This document shows positions 1 through 10,162 of a DNA stretch of 64,000 bases, piece by piece. A program made the position numbers and the translations under genes. Position 1 is the stretch's first letter, and every line of letters starts with the position of its first letter. This DNA is from Candidatus Omnitrophota bacterium (GTDB lineage Bacteria; Omnitrophota; Gorgyraeia; Tantalellales; Tantalellaceae): positions 25,216-89,215 of the forward strand of contig JADGBR010000008.1 in assembly GCA_015231405.1 (NCBI GenBank), in the 5' to 3' direction. Under the pieces are notes generated by a model. That model was not told the origin of the DNA and ran no database searches. It worked only from the letters and a program-made list of their open reading frames with translations.

Positions 1-568
1 TGGGCTCATTCGAAGGCTGCTTATATCCGATAAGGACGGGTATTACCGGGACATTGCCGTTAATGGCCGCTTCGAAAGACGTGGACTTGAAAGGGAGGAT
101 GCCGCTTTTTCCGTCGGTGGTCGTTCCTTCCGGGTATACTATAGGATACATCCCGTGTTCTATCGTCTCCGTGTAATCTTCCAGCGCCTTTTTTGACGAC
201 TGGTTAGAAGCCCGGTCTATCCATATCGGACGGCTAAGTCCCACGTACCATCCGAGGAAAGGCCATTTGGATATTTCCGATTTCGGGGAATAACGCAGAG
301 GAAGCACCGATCCAAGGGCTATAATATCCAGGTAGCTCATGTGGTTGGAGACGACAAGCCCTCCTTCGCCTCCCGGGACGTCGCCGTATACCTTGACCCT
401 GAGATTAATTATACGGGCGATGCCTCTATTCCAAAGCATTGTCACCCGGCTTATCTTTTTAACTCCTTTCCATCCTCCGGTGAAAAGGTAGGGAGCCGTC
501 AAAACGGCCGCGAAGAGGGACCAAAACACGAGAGCGATGGTCTTAAGAACGGAAATAAGGAATGTCAC
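1..568 (-). CDS. Lysophospholipid/lyso-ornithine-lipid acyltransferase (PlsC/OlsA family), 3' end outside the window
   Basis: Not in the ORF track. Manual translation from GTG at 568 gives ...GLVVSNHMSYLDII...PKSEISKWPFLGW...IWIDR...IVYPEGTT..., i.e. the NHxSxxD and PEGT acyltransferase motifs. Starts 4 nt after the stop of the olsB-like gene. Confidence 0.88.
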   Translation of the reverse strand, partial: MTFLISVLKTIALVFWSLFAAVLTAPYLFTGGWKGVKKISRVTMLWNRGIARIINLRVKVYGDVPGGEGGLVVSNHMSYLDIIALGSVLPLRYSPKSEISKWPFLGWYVGLSRPIWIDRASNQSSKKALEDYTETIEHGMYPIVYPEGTTTDGKSGILPFKSTSFEAAINGNVPVIPVLIGYKQPSNEP

Positions 569-572
569 AATG

Positions 573-1385
573 TTACCCGGTCTTTTTCCTGAAATTAAAA
601 TGATGTTTATAACGTTCCGGTATCCTTTCAGTATCCAGTAGTATGAAAAAGTCTATGGTCCCGAAATCGCCGTCAAGGGCTGGTTCTCCGCATATGAGCG
701 CGCCTAAATTGAGGTAGCCTTTGAATAGCGGCGGCAAGGACCTCTCGAGGGATGTCCTGTCGGAGAGGATCCGGTCTATCTCTTCCCGGGGAGGTTTTTG
801 GAGCTTGAATCCGGGGCGGGGGATGACGGTGAACTCTTTGAAGATCAGCCCTTTTTCGGTAAGATATTCGTGCAGCGCCCACCCCCTAGCGGGATCCATT
901 TCCTCGAGGCTTACGCATCCGAGAAGGTACCTGAGGTCCGAACGGTATAATAGCTCGGTTATGGCTCGCCACATTAAGGCTATGATGGAACCGGACCTGT
1001 ATCCGGGGTCAACGCAGGTCCTACCCATCTCAAGGCATTTTTCGGCCAGGTCGTACAGTCCGTGTATCTCGTACTCCTGGGAAGAGTAAAAACCTTTAGC
1101 GGAATTCGCGACGCATCCGAGATGGGCGCGGTAGGTCCCTACTACATTGCCGGATTGTTTATCGATGGCGATAAGGTGCAGGCAATATTCGTCGAACTCG
1201 TCAAAATCGATGCCGTATTTATCCGTGTGTTTGAGGCCCCTTTTCTGCTCGAGATTGAAGACCTCGTACCGGAGGCGCTGGGCTCTCTCTATCTCTTCAT
1301 GGTTCTCTGCCAGCTTGACGAGAAAATCTTTGGTCTCGGCGAGGTTCGGCGGCTCAATAATATGTTTAGGGAATTTATCTATCAT
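573..1385 (-). CDS. olsB: GNAT N-acyltransferase, ornithine-lipid synthase OlsB-like
   Basis: Motifs LRYEVF, DxDEFDxYCxHL, VGTYR, EMGRTCVDPxYR, LPPLFKGYLxLGAxICGEPAxDxDFGTIDF; directly upstream of a PlsC/OlsA-like gene. Confidence 0.8.
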   Translation of the reverse strand: MIDKFPKHIIEPPNLAETKDFLVKLAENHEEIERAQRLRYEVFNLEQKRGLKHTDKYGIDFDEFDEYCLHLIAIDKQSGNVVGTYRAHLGCVANSAKGFYSSQEYEIHGLYDLAEKCLEMGRTCVDPGYRSGSIIALMWRAITELLYRSDLRYLLGCVSLEEMDPARGWALHEYLTEKGLIFKEFTVIPRPGFKLQKPPREEIDRILSDRTSLERSLPPLFKGYLNLGALICGEPALDGDFGTIDFFILLDTERIPERYKHHFNFRKKTG

Positions 1386-2188
1386 TTTTGAGCTCTTTTG
1401 TTCTCTCCGTCAACCTGCAGGTCGTCCGGGACGATAAGAAATTCTATCCAGTCAAGTCCGGCTTCGGCCTCGGAACCTGTATACTGGCTGTTACAGGAAA
1501 CGCTGAGATACAGTTTTTCTGGATAATAGCCCCAGGCTTCGTTAAAATCCTCGGCCGCATTACGTTCTTCAATGAACCACCCGCCATCCGAAACATCCTC
1601 TTTGTTCCTTAGAGTATACCATTTTACCTTAATAGTGCCCATGCCGTAAACGCAATTACCTTCCGAGCCACGAGGGGTCTCTGTATCCCACCTGTAAGAA
1701 ACGCTCTTATTGTCGAGCGTGCTCCCGGTCCCGATATATATGCCTATAGCCTGATCGTCTTTGGCCTTTATCCTTCCGTCCGCACCAATGGGAAGCTTTG
1801 TCGCTTTCCAGCGCCACCGTAATAATGGGGCCTTCCGGATATCCACTTCGGTGATCTTTGTGACCAGACTGCCTGAGGCCTTAAGGGCTGTCATTTGAAG
1901 GAAAGATGACGGCTGTTCGCTCTGGCCGTTGAGGGAGAAGAGGGCCGATCTTGTCCCGGGTTTTTTATGCATGTCCCATCCCTCCGGAATAGCGCCAACG
2001 CCGTCCCCTTTCGCGGGGATAAAGTCTTCCCGCCACGCGGCGACAAGAACGGGAACAGTTTTCTCCTGTGTGACTGAAATAGGGGCTTCGGCGTGCCTTT
2101 CGAACCGCCAGAAAAGAAAAACCGCGCCGGCTATGGCGACCATAAAAATTACCGCGAGGGCTAGAGTGCTTCTTTTTGTTACCGGCAT
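1382..2188 (-). CDS. DUF3047-like exported protein
   Basis: N-terminal hydrophobic anchor; PxLRWRWKxxxLP...DD...YxW pattern recalled for DUF3047. Start chosen at ATG 2188 (the ORF extends to 2224). 4-nt overlap with the olsB-like gene. Confidence 0.65.
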   Translation of the reverse strand: MPVTKRSTLALAVIFMVAIAGAVFLFWRFERHAEAPISVTQEKTVPVLVAAWREDFIPAKGDGVGAIPEGWDMHKKPGTRSALFSLNGQSEQPSSFLQMTALKASGSLVTKITEVDIRKAPLLRWRWKATKLPIGADGRIKAKDDQAIGIYIGTGSTLDNKSVSYRWDTETPRGSEGNCVYGMGTIKVKWYTLRNKEDVSDGGWFIEERNAAEDFNEAWGYYPEKLYLSVSCNSQYTGSEAEAGLDWIEFLIVPDDLQVDGENKRAQK

Positions 2189-2327
2189 GGAGTGTATTCT
2201 ATCTTCTTGGTGCGTAATATGCAATAAGATCGCATTAAAATCTTTGATGGGGGGGAATACTCAAGTATAATATCTAAAGTGATATTAGTTGAACGTTCAA
2301 TTTGCCATCGGAAAAGGGGGAGGTAGT

Positions 2328-2891
2328 ATGAGTTTCTTGAGTAACTCGATAGTCCCGAAAAAAATGTTCTTCACTAAAGGCGTCGGCATACACAAAGCGG
2401 AGCTCAGGAGTTTCGAGCTGGCGCTCCGGGACGCGGGCATAGAGAAGTGTAACCTGGTCACTGTATCGAGTATTTTGCCTCCGGGCTGTCAGATAATCCC
2501 CAGGAATGAGGGCATTAAACAGATACAGGCCGGTATGGTGACTTTTACTGTCCTGGCCAGATCTTCGTCGTCGGAAGCTCACCGGCTCGTTGCCGCGAGC
2601 GTGGGGTGCGCGGTTCCGGCGGACACCAGCAGTTACGGATATTTAAGCGAACATCACGGTTTCGGGCAGAACGAGAAAGTTTCGGGCGATTACGCCGAAG
2701 ATCTCGCCGCGGCGATGTTGGCTTCCACCCTGGGCCTCGAGTTCGACGAGGAAAAATCGTGGGACGAGAATAAGCAGATAAATCACCTGAGCGATAAGAT
2801 CGTAAGGACCATGAATATAACTCAAACCGCCGTTATCGGCTCTGACGGAGCTTTCACGACCGTGATAGCCGCGGCCGTATTCCTTTTCTAG
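2328..2891 (+). CDS. pdaD: Pyruvoyl-dependent arginine decarboxylase
   Basis: [25 protein letters not shown] (self-cleaving Ser-Ser site) and YGYLSEHH; GGGAGG ribosome-binding site before ATG 2328. Confidence 0.92.
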   Translation: MSFLSNSIVPKKMFFTKGVGIHKAELRSFELALRDAGIEKCNLVTVSSILPPGCQIIPRNEGIKQIQAGMVTFTVLARSSSSEAHRLVAASVGCAVPADTSSYGYLSEHHGFGQNEKVSGDYAEDLAAAMLASTLGLEFDEEKSWDENKQINHLSDKIVRTMNITQTAVIGSDGAFTTVIAAAVFLF

Positions 2892-2919
2892 GGACAGGCG
2901 TCCCCGGGGGGGAGATCAT

Positions 2920-5469
2920 ATGGGTTGGCAAATCAGTTCCGCCGATATCCACAAGAGAACGGTCCTTGTCATAGGCGTAAGCCTGGTGGCTCTTATATCC
3001 GCCATAATTATCGCCTCATGGCTCATAGTTATGCGTGGATTTGACGAGCTTGAGCACAGGTTCGTCCGCAAAAATATTTCAAGGGCAGAGGATGTCATAG
3101 CGGACGGTATCGGCAACATTTCCATAAAACTTTCCGATTGGGCTAAATGGGACGATACCTGCGAGTTCATCCTGCATAAGAACGAGGCGTATATGAGATC
3201 GAACCTGGTCGATAACGTCCTCTCAACCATTAATGTGGACGCGATGATCTTTATCGACGCGCGCGGCGAGATCGTGTATTCAATGTTCTCTTCCTCCGAT
3301 AATAAAATAACCTACGAGTGTCCTCCCGGAATACGGAGGTATCTGGATAAAGGCAGCGTCCTCCTGGATCACTCGGATCTTGAAAAAGACATTTCCGGTA
3401 TCATTATGACCCCGGAAGGGCCGCTGATGGTGGTATCGAGGGCCATTGTCGCGAGCGATGGCAATGGCCCGGCCAGGGGATCGCTCGTATTCGCGGCATA
3501 CCTCAAGGCTGAGGTTTTAAAACGCTATAGCGGGATGATCAGAGCGGATATTGATATACGTGACATCGACAGCCCGCGATTGCCGTCCGATTTTCAAAAG
3601 GCGCGGAAAGCATTCAGCGAAGGGCGATACTCGTTCATAACAAGTCCATGGAGCGGGACCATATCCGGTTTCTCCGTCCTCAAAGACATATTCGGCAAGC
3701 CTGCATTGATACTCAAGGTTGCTATGCCCAATGAGATAACCATGTTCGGGATGATCACGCTGGTCTGGTTTGTGGTAGCGCTCCTCGTTGTGGGATCGAT
3801 CTTTGGAATGGTAGTTTATATCCCGTTGAACAACGAGATCTCGAGCAGGCAGGCCGTGGAGAAAAACCTTGTTGTGAACCAGGAAGCGCTCAAGATCGCG
3901 AAAGAGAAAGCCGAGTTAGCGACCCGCGCGAAAAGCTATTTTCTCGCGAACATAAGCCATGAGATACGCACTCCGATGAACGCGATCGTCGGTTTTCTCG
4001 ACCTGTTGCGGCAAACAGGTCTGAACGATACCCAGAAGGATTATGTGGCGACAGCTATTTCCAGCGGCGAGATGCTGCTCGAGCTCATCAACCATGTCCT
4101 GGATATCTCGAAAATAGAATCGGAAGGGTTTAGCCTTGAAAAGATAGATTTTGATCTTGGTTATCTGATAGAGAGCGTGATAAAGATCCTGAAGCCCAAG
4201 ATGCAGGGCGGGGATGTCGAGTATCTGTTCGAATATTCCCCGTCGACCTCGTCTTTTTTCAGGGGAGACCCTACCAGGATACGCCAGATCATACTCAACC
4301 TCTTAAGTAACGCCGTCAAGTTCACGGAAAGGGGTGAGGTTAAAGTGTCCGTGGGAACGTCCGGGGGGCCGGCCGGCCCGGGAAATTTGCAGACGGTGAC
4401 CATGTCCGTCAGGGATACCGGCATAGGTATTCCCGCTGATAAACAGGATCTGATATTCGATCTATTTACCCAGGCCGACGAATCGATGACGCGTAAATAC
4501 GGGGGGACGGGTCTGGGGCTCGCCATATCACGGGCGCTCGCGCGTAAAATGGGCGGGGACATCACGGTTCGTTCCGAAGTCGCCAGGGGCAGTGAATTCA
4601 TTCTCACCATAGCTCTTGAGACGGCCCGGCCCGCCGTCGATAAGAATATTGCGCTCGTGGGCATGAACGAACTCAAAGGAAGGAAAGTCGCTATCGTCGA
4701 TGATAACGACATTGCGCTCAGGCTCCTGGAATACTATTCTCTTGAGTGCGGGATGCGCGTGGTATTTACCGGAGACCGCGCCGAGAAACTGATAAGCTGG
4801 CTGAACGCCGAAAACGATGCGCCCGATATAGTACTGTCGGATATTATGATGCCCGGGATGGACGGTTACACGCTGGCTAAATGGCTGCGCCAAGACGCGA
4901 GATACGCCCGTGTAAAACTTATAGCGGTCACCGCTGACGTGAGGCCGGGCGCGGCCGGTGAATCAAGGGGCGCGGGCTTCGACGCCTATTTGCCTAAGCC
5001 GGTCATCCCCCGGGAGCTGATAAATGTCATACGGACTATCCTCGGAGATAACAGGGAGGAAAAGGAGATCGTTACGCGCCATACGGCGGAGGAGCTGTCG
5101 CTCAAGGGAGTGAGGGTCCTGGTCGCCGAGGATAAGTCGGTTAACAGGAAACTGATGAAAATATATCTGGACCTTTACGGCTGTGTCAGCGATTTCGCGG
5201 TCGACGGGAAGGAAGCGGTAGAAAAGATGAGGAACGGAGTTTATGACATATGTTTAATGGACGTGCAGATGCCGGTGATGAGCGGGATCGAAGCCGTCGG
5301 GATCATCCGGAAAGAGATCGGCCGGATCATCCCGATAATAGCTATTACCGCCGCCGCGATGAAAGAAGACCGGGAAAGGTCCATTAAGAGCGGCATGAAC
5401 GATTATCTCACTAAACCCGTCGATCATATGAAATTGAAAGAAATGCTCATTAAATGGGTGAATGCCTGA
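2920..5469 (+). CDS. Membrane hybrid sensor histidine kinase (CHASE4, HisKA, HATPase, two receiver domains)
   Basis: Two TM helices flank DWAKWDDT (CHASE4). H-box FLANISHEIRTPMN, N-box NLLSNAVKFT, G boxes DTGIGI and GGTGLGL; receivers SDIMMP and MDVQMP. Confidence 0.93.
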   Translation: MGWQISSADIHKRTVLVIGVSLVALISAIIIASWLIVMRGFDELEHRFVRKNISRAEDVIADGIGNISIKLSDWAKWDDTCEFILHKNEAYMRSNLVDNVLSTINVDAMIFIDARGEIVYSMFSSSDNKITYECPPGIRRYLDKGSVLLDHSDLEKDISGIIMTPEGPLMVVSRAIVASDGNGPARGSLVFAAYLKAEVLKRYSGMIRADIDIRDIDSPRLPSDFQKARKAFSEGRYSFITSPWSGTISGFSVLKDIFGKPALILKVAMPNEITMFGMITLVWFVVALLVVGSIFGMVVYIPLNNEISSRQAVEKNLVVNQEALKIAKEKAELATRAKSYFLANISHEIRTPMNAIVGFLDLLRQTGLNDTQKDYVATAISSGEMLLELINHVLDISKIESEGFSLEKIDFDLGYLIESVIKILKPKMQGGDVEYLFEYSPSTSSFFRGDPTRIRQIILNLLSNAVKFTERGEVKVSVGTSGGPAGPGNLQTVTMSVRDTGIGIPADKQDLIFDLFTQADESMTRKYGGTGLGLAISRALARKMGGDITVRSEVARGSEFILTIALETARPAVDKNIALVGMNELKGRKVAIVDDNDIALRLLEYYSLECGMRVVFTGDRAEKLISWLNAENDAPDIVLSDIMMPGMDGYTLAKWLRQDARYARVKLIAVTADVRPGAAGESRGAGFDAYLPKPVIPRELINVIRTILGDNREEKEIVTRHTAEELSLKGVRVLVAEDKSVNRKLMKIYLDLYGCVSDFAVDGKEAVEKMRNGVYDICLMDVQMPVMSGIEAVGIIRKEIGRIIPIIAITAAAMKEDRERSIKSGMNDYLTKPVDHMKLKEMLIKWVNA

Positions 5470-5483
5470 TCGGGGATATATCT

Positions 5484-5795
5484 ATGTATCCAGATGAAAA
5501 GAAAAAGGCCAGCGAAGAGCTCGGAATACCTGTAGAGGTCTATGACGAACTGCTCCTCGAGTTCATTCCCGACGCTTTGGCCGATATAAGGGGCCTCGGC
5601 GAGGCCGTAAAAGCGGATGATTACGATAAGGCCGCGCAAATAGCGCATGGGCTTAAAGGCATGGCCGGAAATTTAAAGCTGGCCCGTATAAAAAACGCCG
5701 CTTACGATATCGAGACGGCTTCTTTCGGGAATAAGGATAAACAGGCGATAATGGGTAAAATATCCGAATTGGAACGGGATCTTTTCGAGTTGTAA
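5484..5795 (+). CDS. Stand-alone Hpt phosphotransfer protein
   Basis: AHGLKGMAGNL Hpt signature; ATG at 5484 follows the kinase stop. Confidence 0.9.
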   Translation: MYPDEKKKASEELGIPVEVYDELLLEFIPDALADIRGLGEAVKADDYDKAAQIAHGLKGMAGNLKLARIKNAAYDIETASFGNKDKQAIMGKISELERDLFEL

Positions 5796-5823
5796 AGCCC
5801 GAACTCAAACTGTGTAGATTAAT

Positions 5824-5922
5824 CCGTCATTGCGAGGAGTGAGCGACGAAGGAGCGAACGACGAAGCAATCCCTGTGATTTATTATTTTTACAGAGATTG
5901 CTTCGTGCCCTCGCAATGACGG
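5824..5922. repeat. REP-like palindromic element, copy 1
   Basis: Perfect 14-bp terminal inverted repeat CCGTCATTGCGAGG...CCTCGCAATGACGG with an inner inverted repeat CGAAGCAATC...GATTGCTTCG. Confidence 0.85.
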
Positions 5923-5969
5923 CTAATTTTGTTATTACGACACGATCTGCCTTATTTTTGGGAGGTAAA

Positions 5970-6653
5970 ATGGACAGAACTACCCGAAAGATACTGATAG
6001 TCGACGATAAGGCGGTTAACCGCCAGCTTTTAAGAGCGATACTTTTCGTGGCCGATCCCGGGTATATCATTTCCGAAGCCGATTCCGGTCAAGCCGCGCT
6101 CGAAGCCGTTAGCTCCGAACAGCCGGATATCATTTTGCTGGATGTCGTAATGCCGGGTATGGACGGGTACGAAGTATGCGAGAAATTAAAACTAGATATA
6201 AGAACAAGTCTCATCCCTATTCTTTTCATAACTTCTCTCGATAAGACCGAGGATATGGTCAAATGTTTCGCGGTCGGGGCCGCCGATTATATCATGAAAC
6301 CTATCAACCCCGAAGAGATCAAAGCCAGGGTGAGGACGCATCTCCGTATAAGAACGGCCGAGTTGGAACGCCTTGAATCCGAAAGGATAATGACGGTCAA
6401 TGACATGGTAGCGACATATAACCACAATATGAACCAGCCGCTCATGGTCGTTTATACTTATCTTAACCTGCTTCTCGCCTGCGCCGAGGGTAACGATAAA
6501 ATGATCAAGACCTGCCAAAAGATAAGGGTCGAACTGGATAAGATGAACATGATCTTAAGAGAGATCAGGTCGATCCAGACGCCGGAACGAACCGGATATG
6601 TGGGCGATTCCGGCATGTTTAAGCTTGACCACGAGGGGGACGGAAGCGCATGA
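5970..6653 (+). CDS. Response regulator (receiver plus short HisKA/DHp-like tail)
   Basis: ILIVDD, LLDVVMPGMDG, DYIMKP. GGAGG RBS before ATG 5970; the upstream extension in the ORF track reads through the palindrome. Confidence 0.88.
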   Translation: MDRTTRKILIVDDKAVNRQLLRAILFVADPGYIISEADSGQAALEAVSSEQPDIILLDVVMPGMDGYEVCEKLKLDIRTSLIPILFITSLDKTEDMVKCFAVGAADYIMKPINPEEIKARVRTHLRIRTAELERLESERIMTVNDMVATYNHNMNQPLMVVYTYLNLLLACAEGNDKMIKTCQKIRVELDKMNMILREIRSIQTPERTGYVGDSGMFKLDHEGDGSA

Positions 6654-8554
6654 CACTGATAGGTCTCCGGGAAATATCGCTTACTTTCGGGTTCACCCCG
6701 GTCTTCGATAACATAAGTCTCGAGATCGGGCCGGGTGAGAGGGCGGCTCTTCTCGGGCGTAACGGCTCGGGTAAGACCACCATGATGAAGGTTATCGCCG
6801 GCGAGATGGAAGTCGATCGCGGCAACGTGATCTATCAAAAGGGCGTAAAGGTAGCCCTCCTTTCACAGGAAGTCCCTACCGATATCCGGGGCAGCGTTTT
6901 TGACGTCGTTCTTTCGGGCCTCGGGGAACAGGTCAAGCTGTTATCGGAATATCACCATATAGCGCACCGTTTACAGTCCGAGCATACCGATGAGTTGATC
7001 GCGAGGCTTGGCGTCCTCCAGGCGGAGATCGACCATACGGGCGGGTGGGACCTGAATAATCAGGTCGAGAACGTCATCGCCAGGATGAAGCTCGACTCCG
7101 ACGCCGATTTTGAGACTCTCTCGGGAGGGAAAAAAAGAAGGGCGCTCCTCGCACGGGCGCTCGTTATCCAGCCTGACGTGCTTCTACTCGACGAGCCGAC
7201 GAACCATCTTGATATAGACTCGATAGATTGGCTTGAGGCCCTCTTGAAGGGCTATCCGGGGACCGTTATCTTTGTCACGCATGACCGTACGTTCCTCACT
7301 AATGTATCGACGCGTATCATCGAGCTCGACCGCGGGAATATATATAACTGGGAATGTGATTACAGGACTTTTCTTGAGAGGAAGCAGGCGGCCCTGGATA
7401 ACGAGGCGGCCCGGTGGGAGAACTTCGATAAAAAGCTTTCTAATGAGGAAGTCTGGGTCAGGCAGGGCGTCAAAGCCAGGAGATGCAGGGAGAAGGGGCG
7501 TGTAAGGGAGCTTGAACGTTTAAGGGAAGAGAAGCGGAAGCAGCGCAAAATGCTGGGCATGGTACGCATGCAAACGCAGGAAGCGGAGATCTCCGGACAT
7601 ATCGCGATCAAGGTGCAGAAGATCGGCATGAACTACGGGGAGAGCTGTCTCATAAGAGATTTTTCCACCCGAATAGTGCGCGGGGATAAGATAGGGCTGA
7701 TAGGCCCGAACGGCAGCGGAAAAACGACCCTCATCAGGATCTTATTGGGCGAGCTTGTTCCCACAAAAGGGAAGGCCCGGCTGGGGACGAACATAGAGAT
7801 AGCCTATTATGACCAGCTCCGCGAGCGGCTCGATGAGGGAAAGTCCATCGCCGAGAATATATGCGGCACTAACGAGTTCGTCATTTTTAACGGCAAGCCA
7901 AGGCATATCACAGGATATCTCCAGGATTTTCTTTTTACGCCGGAGCGTATCCGTACCCAGGTCAAGTACCTGTCGGGGGGAGAACGGAACCGGCTGCTTC
8001 TCGCGAAATTATTCTCGAGGCCCGCGAATCTTCTCGTTATGGACGAGCCCACCAATGACCTTGATATCGAAACTCTCGAGCTTCTTGAAGAGCTTCTCCT
8101 GGAATATACCGGGACCCTGCTTCTTGTCAGCCATGACCGGACCTTTCTCAACAATGTCGTGACTTCGACCATAGTTCTGGAGGGTGAAGGCGAGGTCAAC
8201 GAATATCCGGGCGGCTATGACGATTGGCTCTCGCAGAGTCGACGGCTCGCCGACGTGACATCCAATAAAACAATGCCCGCCAAAGACCCGTCAAGACCGA
8301 TTGTCAAAGACGCGCTGCGAAAACTGACATTTAAGGAACGGAAAGAATTGGAAGAGCTGGTGATCAATATTCCCATGATGGAAGAGGAGAACGAAAAGAT
8401 CCTCTCTCTCCTGGCCGATTTCACTTTTTACCAAAGAGCCCCCAATGAGGTATCCGGCACGAAAGCGAGAGCCGAAACCCTCAAGACCGAACTATCCGCC
8501 GCGTATGAGCGGTGGACTTTCCTGGAAGAATTATACCAGAACGAGCAAAAATAA
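6650..8554 (+). CDS. uup: ABC-F family ATPase Uup
   Basis: Two ABC cassettes (GRNGSGKT, LSGG, LDEPTNHLD; GPNGSGKT, LSGGERNR, MDEPTNDLD), no TM segments, Uup C-terminal KLTFKExKEL...AYERW. Confidence 0.88.
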   Translation: MTLIGLREISLTFGFTPVFDNISLEIGPGERAALLGRNGSGKTTMMKVIAGEMEVDRGNVIYQKGVKVALLSQEVPTDIRGSVFDVVLSGLGEQVKLLSEYHHIAHRLQSEHTDELIARLGVLQAEIDHTGGWDLNNQVENVIARMKLDSDADFETLSGGKKRRALLARALVIQPDVLLLDEPTNHLDIDSIDWLEALLKGYPGTVIFVTHDRTFLTNVSTRIIELDRGNIYNWECDYRTFLERKQAALDNEAARWENFDKKLSNEEVWVRQGVKARRCREKGRVRELERLREEKRKQRKMLGMVRMQTQEAEISGHIAIKVQKIGMNYGESCLIRDFSTRIVRGDKIGLIGPNGSGKTTLIRILLGELVPTKGKARLGTNIEIAYYDQLRERLDEGKSIAENICGTNEFVIFNGKPRHITGYLQDFLFTPERIRTQVKYLSGGERNRLLLAKLFSRPANLLVMDEPTNDLDIETLELLEELLLEYTGTLLLVSHDRTFLNNVVTSTIVLEGEGEVNEYPGGYDDWLSQSRRLADVTSNKTMPAKDPSRPIVKDALRKLTFKERKELEELVINIPMMEEENEKILSLLADFTFYQRAPNEVSGTKARAETLKTELSAAYERWTFLEELYQNEQK

Positions 8555-8572
8555 GCCGGCATGAGATGCCCC

Positions 8573-8601
8573 TTGAAAAGGGCATGACAAAATACTATTA
8601 T
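8573..8601 (+). promoter_or_regulatory. Putative sigma70 promoter for the GNAT-SMR operon
   Basis: TTGAAA-17 nt-TATTAT; overlaps a short inverted repeat ATGCCC...GGGCAT. Confidence 0.45.
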
Positions 8602-8636
8602 ATGAAAGCTGTTTTGGAAAAGGAAAGAGGATCCCG

Positions 8637-9761
8637 GTGTTTGCGACTGAGTATGTAAGAAAGGTCTCGGATGTTCAAAGAGCGGACTGGGAGAGGATAT
8701 ACCCGGACGACCTTGAATCTTATGATTTTTTCAAGTCTTTGGACGAGTCTGGACTTTCGCAGTTCGAATTTTATTATATTTTAGTTCATGCCGGAAGAGA
8801 TCTTGTCGGCGTGGCTCCGTGTTTTTTTATGAAATATCCGCTTGATACTTCCATAAGCGGAGGGATCCGGCGTTTCACCAACGCACTCAGGAGGCGTTTC
8901 CCGGATATACTATGTCTCAAAGCGCTTATCGCCGGTCTTCCGATGGGGAAAGGTCAGATCGGGCTTGCGGGCGACAGTCACGGGGTGCTGGAAGCGATAC
9001 TCGGGGTCATGGAGGGGATAGCCTCGGATTTAAAAGCCGCTGTTATAGCGTTCAAGGACTTTGACGGATCCTACTCGGACCTTTTCTCTCCCTTATTAAA
9101 AAAGGGTTTTGTCAGGATAGACAGCCTCCCTTCCGCCGAGATGGATATCCCTTTCATGGATTTTGAAGGATACATGAAGACCCTTTCGGGGGCGACAAGA
9201 TATGACCTTCGAAGAAAATTCAAGAAAGTCGACGGGAACGTTAAGATAGACCTGGAGATAACCGGAGCCCCTGCCGAAAGGGATCTAAGCGAGATGTATA
9301 AACTTTATCTTGGTATGGTCGAGGAACACGAAATGGGCTTTGAGGTAGTGCCCGAGGCGTTCTTCAGGAACGTCGCGAAAAATATGCCGGAGGAGGCCAG
9401 GTTCTTCTTCTGGAAAATGGATGGGAAGGTGGTCGCGTTCCTTTTTTCTCTGGTGTCGGGGGATGTCATTAACGATTATTATCTCGGCCTGGATTATTCC
9501 GTAGCCCGCGACTACCACCTTTATTTCGTGAAATTCCGGGATGTTATGAACTGGTGCCTGAGCCGCGGGATAAAGAGGTATATAATGGGCGTTACAGGTT
9601 ATGAGCCCAAAAGAAGGCTGGGGTTCGATTTCGTCCCATTGTATATTTATGTGAAGTTCAGGAATAGAGCGCTTCGGCCTGTTATGAACCTTCTGGTAAA
9701 ACTCCTTAATTTCGAGAATTTCGACCCGGAGCTTAAAAAAATAAAAGAAAAGGTATCGTGA
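8637..9761 (+). CDS. GNAT/FemAB-like acyltransferase of unknown specificity
   Basis: FxDFEGYMxTLSxxTRYDLRRKFKK, YYLGLDY...LYF and GVTGYEPKRRLG resemble Acetyltransf_6/FemAB-like proteins. Confidence 0.7.
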   Translation: MFATEYVRKVSDVQRADWERIYPDDLESYDFFKSLDESGLSQFEFYYILVHAGRDLVGVAPCFFMKYPLDTSISGGIRRFTNALRRRFPDILCLKALIAGLPMGKGQIGLAGDSHGVLEAILGVMEGIASDLKAAVIAFKDFDGSYSDLFSPLLKKGFVRIDSLPSAEMDIPFMDFEGYMKTLSGATRYDLRRKFKKVDGNVKIDLEITGAPAERDLSEMYKLYLGMVEEHEMGFEVVPEAFFRNVAKNMPEEARFFFWKMDGKVVAFLFSLVSGDVINDYYLGLDYSVARDYHLYFVKFRDVMNWCLSRGIKRYIMGVTGYEPKRRLGFDFVPLYIYVKFRNRALRPVMNLLVKLLNFENFDPELKKIKEKVS

Positions 9762-10162
9762 AAAAACTCACTTTCAGGATATTTCTCCTTATTATAGCGA
9801 ACGACCTCGTGGACACGCTGGCGCAGCTCCTCATGAAAAAAGGGGTATTGTCCGCCGGTATGACCGACATCTGGACGCACAATGTGATCGAGTTCATGCA
9901 TAAGGGCGCGGTGTCGCCAGTCCTTTGGCTGGGGATAGCCGTCTATGTCCTGAATTTTTTTCTCTGGATATTCATTCTGGCGCGCGCGGACTTAAGCGTG
10001 GCCATGCCGGTGGGGAGTTTCTGCTATATTTTCATACCGATGGCGGCCGTTATTTTTCTGCATGAGAGCGTGAGCCCCGTAAGGTGGATCGGTATACTGT
10101 TCATAATCCTCGGGATACATTTCGTCGCCAGGAGCGTGCCGGCCAGGGAGGGGGGACATTAA
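9758..10162 (+). CDS. SMR/EamA-like 4-TM protein (ArnE/ArnF-like)
   Basis: AQLLMKKG, ADLSVAMP, FLHESVSPVRWIG; four hydrophobic segments. Confidence 0.82.
   Translation: MKKLTFRIFLLIIANDLVDTLAQLLMKKGVLSAGMTDIWTHNVIEFMHKGAVSPVLWLGIAVYVLNFFLWIFILARADLSVAMPVGSFCYIFIPMAAVIFLHESVSPVRWIGILFIILGIHFVARSVPAREGGH

Noticed and set aside
341-592. 83-aa ORF on +
   Set aside because: Opposite the real PlsC/OlsA-like gene.
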